Origin: Heterodontus francisci
Lineage: Eukaryota
Direction of reading: 5' to 3'
DNA length: 64,000 nucleotides
NCBI RefSeq assembly: GCF_036365525.1
Contig: NC_090404.1
Span: 3,410,001 to 3,474,000, forward strand
Part shown: one piece after another, positions 12,124 to 24,773 of the stretch
How positions within the stretch are numbered: position 1 is the first letter of the stretch
How the letters are laid out: every line of letters begins with the position of its first letter
The notes under the pieces: model-generated
What the model was told of the DNA's origin: nothing
The model's database searches: none
What the model saw: the letters and a program-made list of their open reading frames with translations, nothing else
Translations under genes and position numbers: made by a program

Positions 12124-12629
12124 ATGATGTCACCAATATCTCTCTGTTATCTTTGGGTTTCCTATCCAATGTGTCGCTCGAATTGTCTCCATTTGTTCCA
12201 ATATTTATGTTGCGCTGTTAATCACTCCCCGAGGTGTTACAGAGTCGGGCGTCACTGCACCATATATATATTTTAAATTTTCTACGTGTCCAGTCGGATG
12301 TGGTTTTGACTCAACCAAAGGCAGAGACGCGGCGTCCCGGACAATCCCTGTTATTGACCTGTAAAACCAACGGGTATGATCTCAGCAACTCCCGGATCTT
12401 CTGGTACCAACAAGGTCTCGGGAAGAGCCTGGAATGGCTCGTTTCCTGCTATTATGAAGTCTACAATCAGTACAGTCAAGAGGTCCGAAATCTAATTGTT
12501 GCTTTCAAAGACCTTTTAAACAATATCTCCGCTTTCCAGATCAGTACATTGACAATAGAAGACTGCACTACGTATTATTGCCTTTCAGGGCACAGTGAGA
12601 CGGATCAGGCCCAGATCTGCACAAAAACC
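12124..12629 (+). pseudogene. TAILV-like (Ig-VH-like) V3: open V exon and perfect 23-RSS, but broken leader and splice sites
   Basis: V exon VQS-DVVLTQPKAETRRPGQSLLLTCKTNGYDLS...WYQQGLGKSLEWLV...EDCTTYYC. RSS CACAGTG 12591-12597, 23 bp, ACAAAAACC 12621-12629. Leader exon is 45 nt (46 in V4), donor reads AT, and the acceptor before 12286 lacks AG (TCTAC|GTGTCCAG). Confidence 0.9.
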
Positions 12630-13396
12630 GAACAGGAGGAAATGCAGCAGTCTCCGCCATCATCAAATACCAATAAATCCACCGGGGGCAGCAGTTCACA
12701 GAATCATAGAATTATACAGAGTAGAAGGAGGCCATTTGGACCATCATATCTCTACCGGCTCCTTCAAAGAACGCTTCAATTCGTCCCACTGCCCGAGTGC
12801 TTCTGCACAAGCCTGCAAATGTTTGCTTTTCGAGTACCCTTTCAACTCCCCTTTGAAAATTATCCTTAATCTGCTTCCATCACCCTTTTAGACATAGATT
12901 CCAGATCATAACAACTTGCTGCATAAACATATATCCTCATCTCCCTTCCTGTTCTTTTTTAAATGATAAATACTAGCAAGAAGACCGAGATTCATTACCT
13001 AATTGTCGGATGTTGCTTTATGTATAACATATGGCAGTGGTTTTGTCACCAAGCCGACAATGTGATTATAATAACAACTTGCATTTATATATCTAGCGTC
13101 TTTTAGCGGAGTATAACGTCCCAATGAACATTATAAAATGACATAGACAGAGATTAGAGTTGTTGACTGAAAAGCTTGGTCCAACAGGTAGGTTTAAAGC
13201 TACATTTTAAAGGAGGAGAGAGAAGAAGAAAGGTGGAGCAATTTAGGAATGGAATTCCCGGGGACGGGGTCCCGAAGACTCGCCTGCAACGCAGCGGGGA
13301 AGAAAGTAGGGGATGCACAAGAGGCCACAGTTGAAGGGAGACCGTTTTTGGAGGGTTCTAGACTCAAAGGAGGTTACAGAGAGAAGCAGCAGCGAC

Positions 13397-14455
13397 TGTT
13401 ACGACCAAAGTGGGAGGGAGTGCACTGTTAATTCAGTCCCACTTCTCCATTGGTCACAAAATAATCTTTAAAGTTTTCCTAGTTGTTGAAACAGTCAATC
13501 AGATACATTATTTTTCCCCAGAATAGAACATACTAACACAGTTTCTTTACTGAACAGCAAAATTAACAGTTTATTATCAAACAAGTCTTAACTAGTAATG
13601 AAGTAAAAAAAATCCTATGGTTCAAATTTCTTTTAATAACTCCAACATTAAATTTTAATAAGTTCCATTTTCTGCGTTGACCAATTTTAAAAGTCTCTTT
13701 TTACCTTAGCTCCTTCACACAGTCACACACACACACACACATATATATAAAACAGTTAATGGAAAGAATGATAAGATGATTTTTCGATCAGCGCTCTATT
13801 ACAGACATAAACGAAGCACCTGGGTAGATCACTTCCCAATGCTGAAAAATAGCAGATGGGACACGTTGCACCAAACTGGAACACATGAACACACGCAGAC
13901 AGAATCTTTAGAATCTTCAAGAATTAGCTCTTTTCAGGTGGCGTTGTAAAGTAATTTAGCATGCCTTCTTGAAGTGCAGAAACAAGGCAAATTCACAGTG
14001 AACTTCGCAGAGTCTTTTGGGGAATTGCGAGAAAACAAGCTGGGTTGTCGTCTTTGCTTCTTCCTTGAAATTCTCTCCTTCTCTGTCCTTTGTTGACATT
14101 TCAGCAGAATTTGACTTTAAAAAAATTCAGGAAGAATCTGGTCTCTTCCTCTAGAAGATAAAACACACACACTGACTGACAATCAGAAAAGTTGTCAGTG
14201 TTTTCTGCCCACCCAGATGTTCTGTGCCTGCTACAGGACTTGTCCAATCAAAGAAGTACATGTCACTTTTCTGCCCCAGTTGCCAGGGCTTCTGCTCGAA
14301 GTCTAACCCGAGCAATGTGACTAACAGCAACACTGTTGACAATCCCTCTCCCTCACTGTCCCCAAGATTTTTAAAAAATGATCCAACATTTATTTAGCTT
14401 AACTATAAATTCCTTTAAAACAATTTTTTTTAACGAAACAGTCACTCTCATAACA
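13397..14455. mobile_element. Solo LTR (Gypsy-type) with 4-bp TSD CGAC
   Basis: Ends TGTTAC...ATAACA; CGAC at 13393-13396 and 14456-14459; related fragment at about 37815-38045. Confidence 0.85.
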
Positions 14456-15319
14456 CGACGCCGTGGAGGTTACTTTCTGAATCACAGTCCAGACATCACA
14501 TCATAAACAGGACTGAAATCACATCACACAAACATAGCCAACGCCGGTTCCCCGTGCGGTGGATGCAGCTAAAACGCTTGCAACACGATAACGCAGCTTT
14601 TGCACATAGATTCATTGTCAGGCGGTCATGCGGCATCTCCAGGCTCTGCTCAGTGCTAAAAGAGCCCAGGTTTGCGCAGCCTAGGACCCCTGGCCCAGGA
14701 ATGTGACACTTGGCGAAGGTGAGATCAGGCCTCTTCAACAGGAACTGCGGCGCCCGTGATTGATCTTTTGCACTTTGGAAGTGTAATCGATGGTGTAATG
14801 CAGGAAACAGGCAAACCGCTTCGATCCCACAAAGAGTAATGACGGAATGACTCTTTTCCTGATGTTCAGCGTAGGGATAAATATTGGAAAAGATACTGGA
14901 TGTTTGTTCTTCCTCGAAAAAGATGATGTGGGATCTTTACCGTCTATCTGAGAGGGCAGAAGTGGCCTCGGGTTAACAGTTTATTCATAAAACGGTATCT
15001 CCTCCAATCCGGCACCTCCTTCGTACGGCCCCAGAAATGTCTATCGAATATCCTTTTCATATGTTCTGCTCTCAGGAGTACAGCTCCAGCTTCTCCAGTC
15101 TCTCCAAATAACTGGAGACTTCGTTACACAGCAGTGTTCTGGAAGACACAGCCTGACTGGGTGGTGGAAGCAGATTCAATAGTAACTTTCAAAAGGGATT
15201 TGATGCATAGTTGAAACGCGGAAAAAGGAAGGGCTCTGTGGAAGAGCAGGGCAGTTGAACTAATCGGATAGCTCTTTTAAAGGGTCGGCACAGTAGTTTG
15301 GTCCGAATGTGCAGCATGA

Positions 15320-15640
15320 TCTTATGATATTATCTTAATAACAATTTCCCAGAAACAACGCCAATATTGAATGCTAAATAACATTTGCACGCAGTACAGT
15401 GTTATTAACGGAATCATAGGGAGTAGTGTTTGATTCGCCATCTTTACCAATGCGCCATCGTAATCGCGCTTTGTGTTGATGTGGTTGTAGCAGCCAATAA
15501 TTTTTTTCTTCAAACCCTCCACCTCTGCCGATTTCACTAAACCCCCGTGACTGAGGGTTTGGATCCAACAATCCACCAATCGCTTTGCTCAGTGAGTGAC
15601 TGGAGAAATGGCTGCATCATTCAGCCAAGCGCCAAGAAGC
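15320..15640 (+). promoter_or_regulatory. V4 promoter block
   Basis: Paralogous to the V2 and V3 upstream regions (CCAAT; GCTTTGCTCAGTGAGTGACTGGAG). Confidence 0.7.
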
Positions 15641-16150
15641 ATGATGTCCGTCATATCTCTCGGTTTGTTGCATGGTTTTCCATCCAGTGCGAAGCTCGGA
15701 TTGTTCCCAGTTGTTGCATTGCTTCTGTTTCGCTGGTTTTCCCTCCCAGATGTTTGCCAGAACCAGGGGTCACTTTAGCATATTTAATACTTCTTTACTT
15801 GCATAGATGTTCAGTCGGGTGTGATGTTGACTCGACTAGGAGCAGAGACGCGGGGATCCGGACAGCCCCTGAGACTGACTTGTAAAACCAAAGGATTCAA
15901 CCTTGAGAGCCAGCAGATATACTGGTACAGAGAAGGTCCCGGGAAGGATCTGGATTGGCTCGTTCGGTATTACAGCGAAAACGGCAAGCAGCACAATCAA
16001 AAGGTGAAAGATCGAGTTACTGCTTGCAAGGAAGTTTCAAACAATGTCGTCGTTGCAGATATCAGGACACTAGCAATGGTAGACAGTGCTATTTATTATT
16101 GTACACGGGTCCAAATTGAGATGGATGAGATCCAGACTGGTATAAAAACA
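15641..16150 (+). pseudogene. TAILV-like (Ig-VH-like) V4: intact leader and V ORF, defective RSS heptamer
   Basis: Leader exon 15641-15686 (46 nt, MMSVISLGLLHGFPS, GT donor). V exon from 15807 after CATAG: VQSGVMLTRLGAETRGSGQPLRLTCKTKGFNLES..WYREGPGKDLDWLVRYYSEN...DSAIYYCTR. Heptamer CAAATTG 16112-16118 (no CAC), 23 bp, ATAAAAACA 16142-16150. Confidence 0.88.
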
Positions 16151-16454
16151 AAAATGCAGAAGTTTCCGCCATCATCAAACACTCATATCCATTGTTATCA
16201 ACAGTTGGTTTAATCATAGAAATATAGAGCAGAGAAGGAGTCCATTCGGCCGCTCACACCATTACTGGCTTGTTCAAAGCGCTACTGAATTATTTTCAGT
16301 TCTGTATGCTTTCCCCATCGCCCTACATATCGTTCTTTTTTTAACTAACTGTCCAACTCTCCTCGAAATTTCTGATTGAATCTAGCTCCGCCAGCCTTTC
16401 AGGCAGTGTATTCCAGATTATTAAAGTTCGCTGCGTGATCTTTCTTATCCTCAG

Positions 16455-16825
16455 GTCACGTCTGACTCGTCCCAATTTCCTGAAATCCGTGTTGCCTGGT
16501 TACCGTTCCCTTTCTCACATTGCTGCATTCACCTTTCCCCTCCCTCCCAGAACAGCTTGATGCCACCACCACATATATGTTCCTCTCCCTCTCCCTTCCA
16601 ACACGCTGAAGGCACCGTTCCTGCTGTGACACGCTGTTCCACTCCTCAATCATCCTCCACACACTCTCCACTTCCACGGCACCTCCCATTCAAGCACAGG
16701 AGATGCAGCACCTGCCGGTTGATCTCTCCTCCCTGCTCACTGTCCCAAGCCCGAAACATTCCATCCAGGTGAAACAGTGATTTACTTGTACCTCCTTCAA
16801 TTTAGTACAGTGTATTAGTTGCTCA
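16455..16825 (+). mobile_element. Penelope-like element fragment (GIY-YIG endonuclease region)
   Basis: Degenerate ...QVKQ*FTCTSFNLVQCISCS at about 16767-16825, resembling the start of PLE GIY-YIG domains. Confidence 0.55.
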
Positions 16826-17857
16826 CTATAGGCCTTCAGGTAAATAAATAGTCGGCCGACAAATTTATGAGGTTGCGCGCGTGCAATTCAGTAGCTATAT
16901 TTAAGATCATCCATTCCCCTCGACTCGGCATAAGTGTAATGATGTACGATATCAAACACTTCCTAAAATCTCAGTGGCGTCAATGTGGTGACTCATCAAT
17001 CTTCTCTTTTCGAGAGAAAATAGCCCCAGTTTCTTCAGTGTTTCCTGATGTTTGTATCTTCAAAAATCTGGCATCAACAATAGGACGGAATGTAGGACCA
17101 TGACACGATTGCTGAATTACTCCCGTGCAACCTAACAAACTTATAGACCGGCAACTTATCCACCTGAACATGAAGTAGATCATGACTCGCCGTGTACAAT
17201 GATACGCCACGTATACTTGTTGCTTCCATCCTTCTGCCTTTGGCAATTTTCAGCAATCTCTCGTCTCAGAAATACCTTTTTGCCGTACTTCGTTGCTTTC
17301 ACTCTGAAACAGTAATTTTGCTGTACATCGTCTATTGCTTAAACAAGTACGTAGCAATTCCAAGTGGATATTTATTGCATGTTTAATAAATGTTTATTAT
17401 GCACAGGGATTCATCAACAACTTTAGCATAGCGCCCTATTAGAAAGGGATTCCATCCGAATTTAGAGGTTGGGTTTCAATTGTCGACAGGATAAGATCAC
17501 AGATCCAATATTTGAAAGAGTTTGGTCGAAGAGCTCATTCTGGTGACTGCAGAACAGTTTCAGCAGTTTCCCGGCCAGACGTGAATGCAGCTGATTTCTT
17601 TTTCTGACTAACTGTGCTTCCTTTGCAATGGAGGTGTGATTATCTCAACACGCACCAAAATGTACTGGTGCGCACAATTAGTCAGAATCAACGAATAAGA
17701 CATCATAGAGCTGGACATCAGAAAGAGACAGGGTCTACCTGTTTTTACGCATGCAATTGTGAGGAATCAATTGCAGAATGTCACTATACAAAGCAGGATT
17801 GCACCTATGTAGGCTGTTCTCGGACCGAGTCATCACCCGCAGAGTGGCTGCACATTT

Positions 17858-19312
17858 TTAGAACATTACAGCGCAGTACAGGCCCTTCGGCCCTCGATGT
17901 TGCGCCGACCTGTGAAACCATCTGACCTACACTATTCCATTTTCATCCATATGTCTATCCAATGACCACTTAAATGCCCTTAAAGTTGGCGAGTCTACTA
18001 CTGTTGCAGGCAGGGCGTTCCACGCCCCTACTACTCTCTGAGTAAAGAAACTACCTCTAACATCTGTCCTATATCTATCACCCCTCAACTTAAAGCTATG
18101 TCCCCTCGTGTTTGCCATCACCATCCGAGGAAAAAGACTCTCACTATCCACCCTATCTAACCCTCTGATTATCTTATATGTCTCTATTAAGTCACCTCTC
18201 CTCCTCCTTCTCTCCAACGAAAACAACCTCAAGTCCCTCAGCCTTTCCTCATAAGACCTTCCCTCCATACCAGGCAACATCCTAGTAAATCTCCTCTGCA
18301 CCCTTTCCAAAGCTTCCACATCCTTCCTACAATGCAGTGACCAGAACTGCATGCAATACGCCAGGTGCGGCCTCACCAGAGTTTTGTACAGCTGCAGCAT
18401 GACCTCGTGGCTCCGAAACTCGATCCCCCTACTAATAAAAGCTAACACACCATATGCCTTCTTAACAACCCTATTAACCTGGGTAGCAACTTTCAGGGAT
18501 TTATGTACCTGGACACCAAGATCTCTCTGTTCATCTGCACTACCAAGAATCTTCCCATTAGCCCAGTACTCTGCATTCCTGTTACTCCTTCCAAAGTGAA
18601 TCACCTCACACTTTTCCGCATTAAACTCCATTTGCCATCTCTCAGCCCAGCTCTGCAGCCTATCTATGTCCCTCTGTACCCTACAACATCCTTCGGCACT
18701 ATCCACAACTCCACCGACCTTCGTGCCATCCGCAAATTTACTAACCCACCCTTCTGCACCCTCATCCAGGTCATTTATAAAAATGACAAACAGCAGTGGC
18801 CCCAAAACAGATCCTTGCGGTACACCACTAGTAACTAAACTCCAGGATGAACATTTGCCATCAACCACCACCCTCTGTCTTCTTTCAGCTAGCCAATTTC
18901 TGATCCAAAGCTCTAAATCACCTTCAACCCCATACTTCCGTATTTTCTGCAATAGCCTACCGTGGGGAACCTTATCAAACGCCTTACTGAAACCAATATA
19001 CACCACATCCACTGCTTTACCCTCATCCACTTGTTTGGTCACCTTCTCGAAAAACTCAATAAGGTTTGTGAGGCACGACCTACCCGTCACAAAACCGTGC
19101 TGACTATCGCTAATGAACTTATTCTTTTCAAGATGATTATAAATCCTGTCTCTTATAACCTTTTCCAACATTTTACCCACAATCGAAGTAAGGCTCACAG
19201 GTCTATAATTACCAGGGCTGTCTCTACTCCCCTTCTTGAACAAGGGGACAACATTTGCTATCCTCCAGTCTTCCGGCACTATTCCTGTCGACAATGACGA
19301 CATAAAGATCAT
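17858..19312 (-). mobile_element. Young, 5'-truncated CR1 LINE with an open 461-aa RT C-terminal ORF
   Basis: ORF 17927..19312 with NYRPVSLTS, QHGF, VPQGSVLGP and FADGTK (second catalytic Asp changed to Gly). Confidence 0.95.
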
Positions 19313-19507
19313 TCAATGATGACTTAATTTATTTTTTAAATTTATTTTTGAATTCTATTTGTGGGTAGCTTAAGGAGTCTCGGCTAAGGGTAGCGGTGAA
19401 TCAGCTGTAACCCCTGTTCCGGGATCTTGTCCGTTGACTCATTCTTCCAAAGGTCACGTGTGTGAAAGGCAGGCTGCTCAGAAAGCAATCCTTTTGCTTG
19501 TCCATAC

Positions 19508-21313
19508 TGTCACGATCCTGTGTTTTTTTTCTCCTCGGAAATATTGCGGTGGGCCTTTAAGGCTCTAAAAGATCAATACTTCTTTTGGCAGCAAGCTCCG
19601 AAATTAGTGAGCAAAAGTACATTCTGGTTGCCACGTAATAACCATACAGGGACAGAGACATTCAACATACCATTTTTGACTTTGAAACTGGTTTTGCGGA
19701 GATCTTCTCCTATTCCAGCAGTAATTGCCATCAAAGCAATGGACTCTGGGAAGTGAGCAGCCATATCCATGATACTAAGTATGTATTGATGTCCTGCTTT
19801 CGTTTTTGACTACTAATGCCATGCTAAATGGTCTTCCATCATGGGAACTAGTGGTGCCGGTTTTATGGTAGGTTGTGGTATTCCCACTATTTGCCAGGTA
19901 TAGCATGTCCTACAAAATTATCTTACATTCTTTGGAAGAACTGGCCAGTAATAATGTTGGCTTATGCATGATTTGGTCTTATGAATTCCTATACGTCCAG
20001 CAAAGGAATGTCGTGTGCTAACCTTAATAATCCTTGGCGATATTTAGGTGGTACCACTATCAGTTCAACAACCATCCAGTCTTCGTGTGCACGTCAATGG
20101 GGCGGTCTCCATTTCCTCCTCAAAACCCGTTTGCCATATTATAGCATTCTGGAAGTCCTTTAACCTTAGCTTCTGTCAGAACCATCTGTGCTATTTGGTA
20201 TATCTCTGGACCAGCTTGCTGTGCTGCAATGATAGACGATCTGTTAAACATTTCATTTAGATTATAGAAATCCCCAAATAAGTTTTCCAATACTTGACTA
20301 TCTGTTTGTGGTGTTCCTTTTACCTTCGACAATGGATCCTGTTTAGCCATTGCTCGGGTGACTACACATGCAGGACATATTCCCAGAACTTGTTCCTGTA
20401 ATTGCTCTGTTTCCTTAATTTCACTTGTTTCCTCTGTAATTATAGGAGAAACTGATACTTTTGATCCAGCTAAATCATTTCCTAGGAGTAGTTCACTTCC
20501 CTCTACTGGCAAACTGTGGACAACTCCTACAATTACTATCCCAGTTACTCACTAGGTGTACTTTATATAAAGGAACAGATATATACTCCCCCGCCCCCCC
20601 CCCCCCCCCCTTCCCAATTCCATTAACTAAATCTTTAGCGTTCAATGCGCTCTCTGGTGGAAATATTCTATATTTCCCCAGCAAAAGTGCTTGAGTTGCT
20701 CCTGTTTATCTGAGTACAATGATAGGTTTTCCTGCCTCACTTAAAAGATACAGAGTTGTTCTCCCCTTTGACAGAAATCATTATAACTTTCAGGTATTTT
20801 ATTCTTAACTTCTATGCTCCTTTTTATTTTAGTATCTGGTTTACAACTGTTGTTAAAGCTAAAGCTTGATCTGCTATAAACTCAGTTAGAGGTTTTTTCC
20901 TCTGCACAAGCTTTCCATACCCCAACAAGTCCTCTGGCTTTCCCTCACAATTTCTAACACTGTGAACGAAAATGGCCCGTAATGTTGCAATGATAACACT
21001 TCGGCTTGCAAACATCACTTCCAACCTCAGCACCTTCCCTTCTGACACGAGGTCGTGATCCTGGGGCATTCCCAGCTGTTCCTTCTTGTTCCCTACTACT
21101 TGCCTTCCTTTCTTTCTCCCACTTTCTATCTTGCTCGAGTTTATGGGGGTGATGGACAAAATAATTAGACTTATTCACAAGCTCAAAATCATCAGCAATT
21201 TCCGTTACTTGCCTAGCTTTCAAACTTTCAGGACTTCTCACGACTGAAGGAATGGAGTTTTTAAACTCCTCTAAGAGAATCAAATCCAAATGGTTTCATG
21301 TGTGGCATCCATC
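19508..21313 (-). mobile_element. Decayed Gmr1-like Gypsy LTR retrotransposon (SCAN-like gag, CCHC knuckle, protease, integrase)
   Basis: LILLEEFKNSIP...EIADDFELV and CYHCNITGHFRSQC (20954..21289); protease end PVEGSELLLGNDLAG (20120..20512); integrase remnants 19600-20050. Confidence 0.8.
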
Positions 21314-21379
21314 TATAATGCCCGTATCCAACGGTCAAAATTCACTTGCTGCACCCTCTCAAATTCTACATATGTTGGC

Positions 21380-21605
21380 TGAGGGATAATTGTTGGGCAG
21401 GACCGGGAGACCTCTTCAGCTCCTCCTCCAATAGCGTCATGGGATATTGCCCGCACATATGAGGGGGCAGATGATTTAGCGTACCATGTGAATGACAGCA
21501 AAAGATCTTGGACAAAGTAGAACTTCCTCAGAGCTGCGACGCGGAGTGTTGGAGTGGGACTCGAACCCACAATATGTTGTCTTAGAGGCGAGAGTACGAC
21601 CCACT
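21380..21605 (-). repeat. tRNA-derived SINE
   Basis: B-box-like GGTTCGAGTCCC on the minus strand; homologous to 52995-53210. Confidence 0.65.
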
Positions 21606-24600
21606 CAGGAACAGGAAAGAAGTGCAAAAACACTCCATTTCTGAGACTGGAGATTGCTAGAAAACAAAACTGCCAAAAGTACAGTAATTAGAGCAGCAAT
21701 GTAGCTCTCTTGTATTATTGTACAAGGCATGATCAAGTTTACGTCCAACTGAAGTAGGATAAGAAGCCGGTGCATAATTTTATCAGGCCACTTGGGAGTA
21801 ATTCAGCTCTTATATCCTGGTCATACATTCCGTTCTAATGTTTTTGTTCTCACTATCAATTCCTTTCTACAAGGACGATGCCACAGCTATGAGGGTGTAC
21901 ATATCAGGAAACAGTGAACAGGCTGGCTCATTTCTCTGGAAAGAGAAGACTGAGAGGTGAACAGATAGAGGTATTTTTGATCATCAAAGGCTTTGATAGG
22001 GTAGACGTAGAGATGATGGTGAGGAAGAGCAAAACTAGGGATACCAATAGAGTCAGCAAGAAAGTCAATGAGGAATTCAAGTGAAACTTATCTGCACAAA
22101 GAATGTAAGAATGTGGAATTTCCTATCGCAAATCTTAGTCACAGACAATAGCATGGATGCATTTCAGGGGAAGCTAGTTAAACAGAGGAGGAAGAAAAGT
22201 GAGGAAGGATATGCAGATTTTGAAAAATTCTGTCATGGGATATTGGCGTCGCTGGCAAGCCCAGCATTTGTTGCCCATCCTTCGATGTCCTTGAGAACTG
22301 AGTGACTTTCTAGGCCAGTTAAGAGTGGGCCAAATTGCTGTGGGTCCGGAGTCTTTGTCGGCCAGACCAGGGAAGGATGGCAGATTCCCTTCCCTAAAAT
22401 GAACCAGATGGGTTTTTAAGACAATCGTCAATGTTGTCATGGTCACCATTACTGAGACTAGGTTCCAATTCTAAATTTATTAATTGAATTTAAATTCCAC
22501 CAGCTGCCATGTGGGATTTGAACCAGTGTCACCAGAACATTAGCATGGGCATCTGGAATGCTAGTCCAGTGACATTATCCAGTATGCCACTCTTTCCCCT
22601 CGGAACAGCTAATGAGGTGTGGGCGGAGGCTTGTGCGGAGAACATAAGAAACAGAAACATCATTCGGCCATTCGGCCCTTCGAGCTTGATCCGCAATTCA
22701 ATACGATCATGGCTGATCATCTATCTTAACTCCACCTTCCTGCACTATCCCAAAGTCTCTGAATTCCGGGAGTACCCACACATCCAACCATCTATGTATT
22801 GAATATACTCAACGACTGAGTAACCACAGCCCTCTGGAGTAGATAAATGAGATAATTGTGGAGACAACCCCCTGAGTGAAGAAAGTTCTCCTCCTCTCAG
22901 TGTTAAATGTCCGGCCTCTTATTCTGATACCATGAGCTCTAGTCTGAGCCTCTCCAGCAAAGGGCATCATCCAGTCTGTCAAGCCCTTTAAGTAGTGTAT
23001 ATGCTTCAATTAGGCATGGGCCAGTCGACTGGTCTGTTTCTGTTCCGTACACTCTGTTTAATTATGTAACAAAGACATTCCGCTCGCTGTGTTTGTGCTG
23101 GTTCTTTATCAAAGTATGGTGTCAAGAATTGAACACAATAACCAATGATTTGTAAAGCTTGAGCACCACTACCTTGTTTTTTAATATTCATTGGCCATAT
23201 TCATAAAGCCGAGTGTCACATGCATTTTCTTAACTGCCTTATCATTTTGCCCTGCCGGTATCAAAGATTTTCGGACATGCTCCCTCAGGTCTTTCTGCTG
23301 TCACATCCCCCTCAACGTCAGACCATTTAGATCACACTCCCTCTCCATGTTGCTTTTTACAATGTGCTGCTAGTTGAATTTGAAGCCTGCAGAAAAAAAA
23401 ACAGACATCCTACAATTCATATCTGCAGGGCACCTGGGGAACCCATACTTCCGGTTTTTCCATCCAGTACTTGAACCCGGCTCCCTCGCTGCCTCCGCGT
23501 AACTCTCGGGGCCATGAAGTCTGTGCAGAATTTTGCAGTATAGGGTACGTTGGCACTGACATGAAAACCAGCATTACCCAGAGTAATCTTTCAGTTGTAT
23601 TTTGACAATGTTTGCAATAACGAACGCTTTCTTGAACAGGGTATGTAACACAAGTCATCTTAGCTGTCTAAATCTACTGGAAAGGGAGGACCTATTTCTG
23701 TTCGTAGAGCGGTCAATCACCAGGGCCCATGGATCTCAAGTAATTGATGGAAGGATTAGAGGGGAGTTGAGGAATACATTCTTTCACCCAGAGAGTTGTG
23801 TGATTTTGGAACCCACTGCCTGAAAGGGTGGTAGCGGCAGAAACCATTATTTCATTTAAAAAATGGAATGCATTTGATCTGCCGTATCCTGGAGGACTAC
23901 GGACCGAGAGCTGGAAGGTGGGATTAAGCTGGACAGCTCTTTCTCGGCCTGCCCAAACATTGTGGGCCGAATGTCATCCTCCCACGTCGTAAACGTTTTT
24001 ATGTTTCTATGTTTCTTCACATTTATCCACACTAAACATTTCACCAGGGCGACTCTCTCGGTCTCCTGAAGGCTTATACATCTGCATGACAAAGTCGCCG
24101 TGATTTGCATCATCCACAAACTTTGAATTTGTATTCCCTATACTCATATCTTCGTCATGTACATTTATAAAAAATTGTCCCTGCACACTTCTTTCCAGTC
24201 AAAAAAAACATACGTTCACCGCAACTCAAGTGAACATGAATTTATGTGGTACTTTATCAAATACCTTCTGAATGTTCATAGACACAGCGTCTACTGTATG
24301 ACCTGCATCGGCCCTCTATGTTACGTCTTCAAACTGTATCATAATATAGATAGGGAGTTAACTACAGAGAAATAAACAGAGACTATGGGTTAACCAGGGG
24401 TCGAGATGCCAAATAGTGGGAAATTATGTTCCAGAAGGATAGGTACTGACGCGGCTGATGCTCACAATTTCGACGTGATGTGTACTCGGGCGGCAGAAAT
24501 GTAACTTTTAAATTGTAAGTCCAAATTAGAGGAATACAGAAAATACTGAGGAACATCCTGAGAAAATAGAAGACGTTGTTAATATACTTGCAGAAGAGAC

Positions 24601-24773
24601 ATGCAATTGGAAAAATATTAAAGCTAAGTTTGAGGTGTTAGATTTTGTTCGGCTGAATAGGCGACCACGTACCACGTGGATAGTAAGAGTCTCAACGACG
24701 TAGAGGAGCAAAGAAATCGAAGGATACAGATTCACAAATCAGACAAAGTAGTGACGCAGGTTTATAAGGCCAT

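Noticed and set aside
12234-12869. 211-aa ORF as a stand-alone protein
   Set aside because: Starts at GTG in the V3 intron and reads through the RSS into a CR1 tail; only the V exon is meaningful
14483-14510. CACAGTC as the 3' RSS of a TAILV-associated D
   Set aside because: The nonamer only fits with an 11-bp spacer, there is no 5' RSS, and the upstream sequence is a repeat
16830-17857. Additional V, NAR-TCR or D segments in apparently unique sequence
   Set aside because: No Ig-domain motifs or properly spaced RSSs found on either strand
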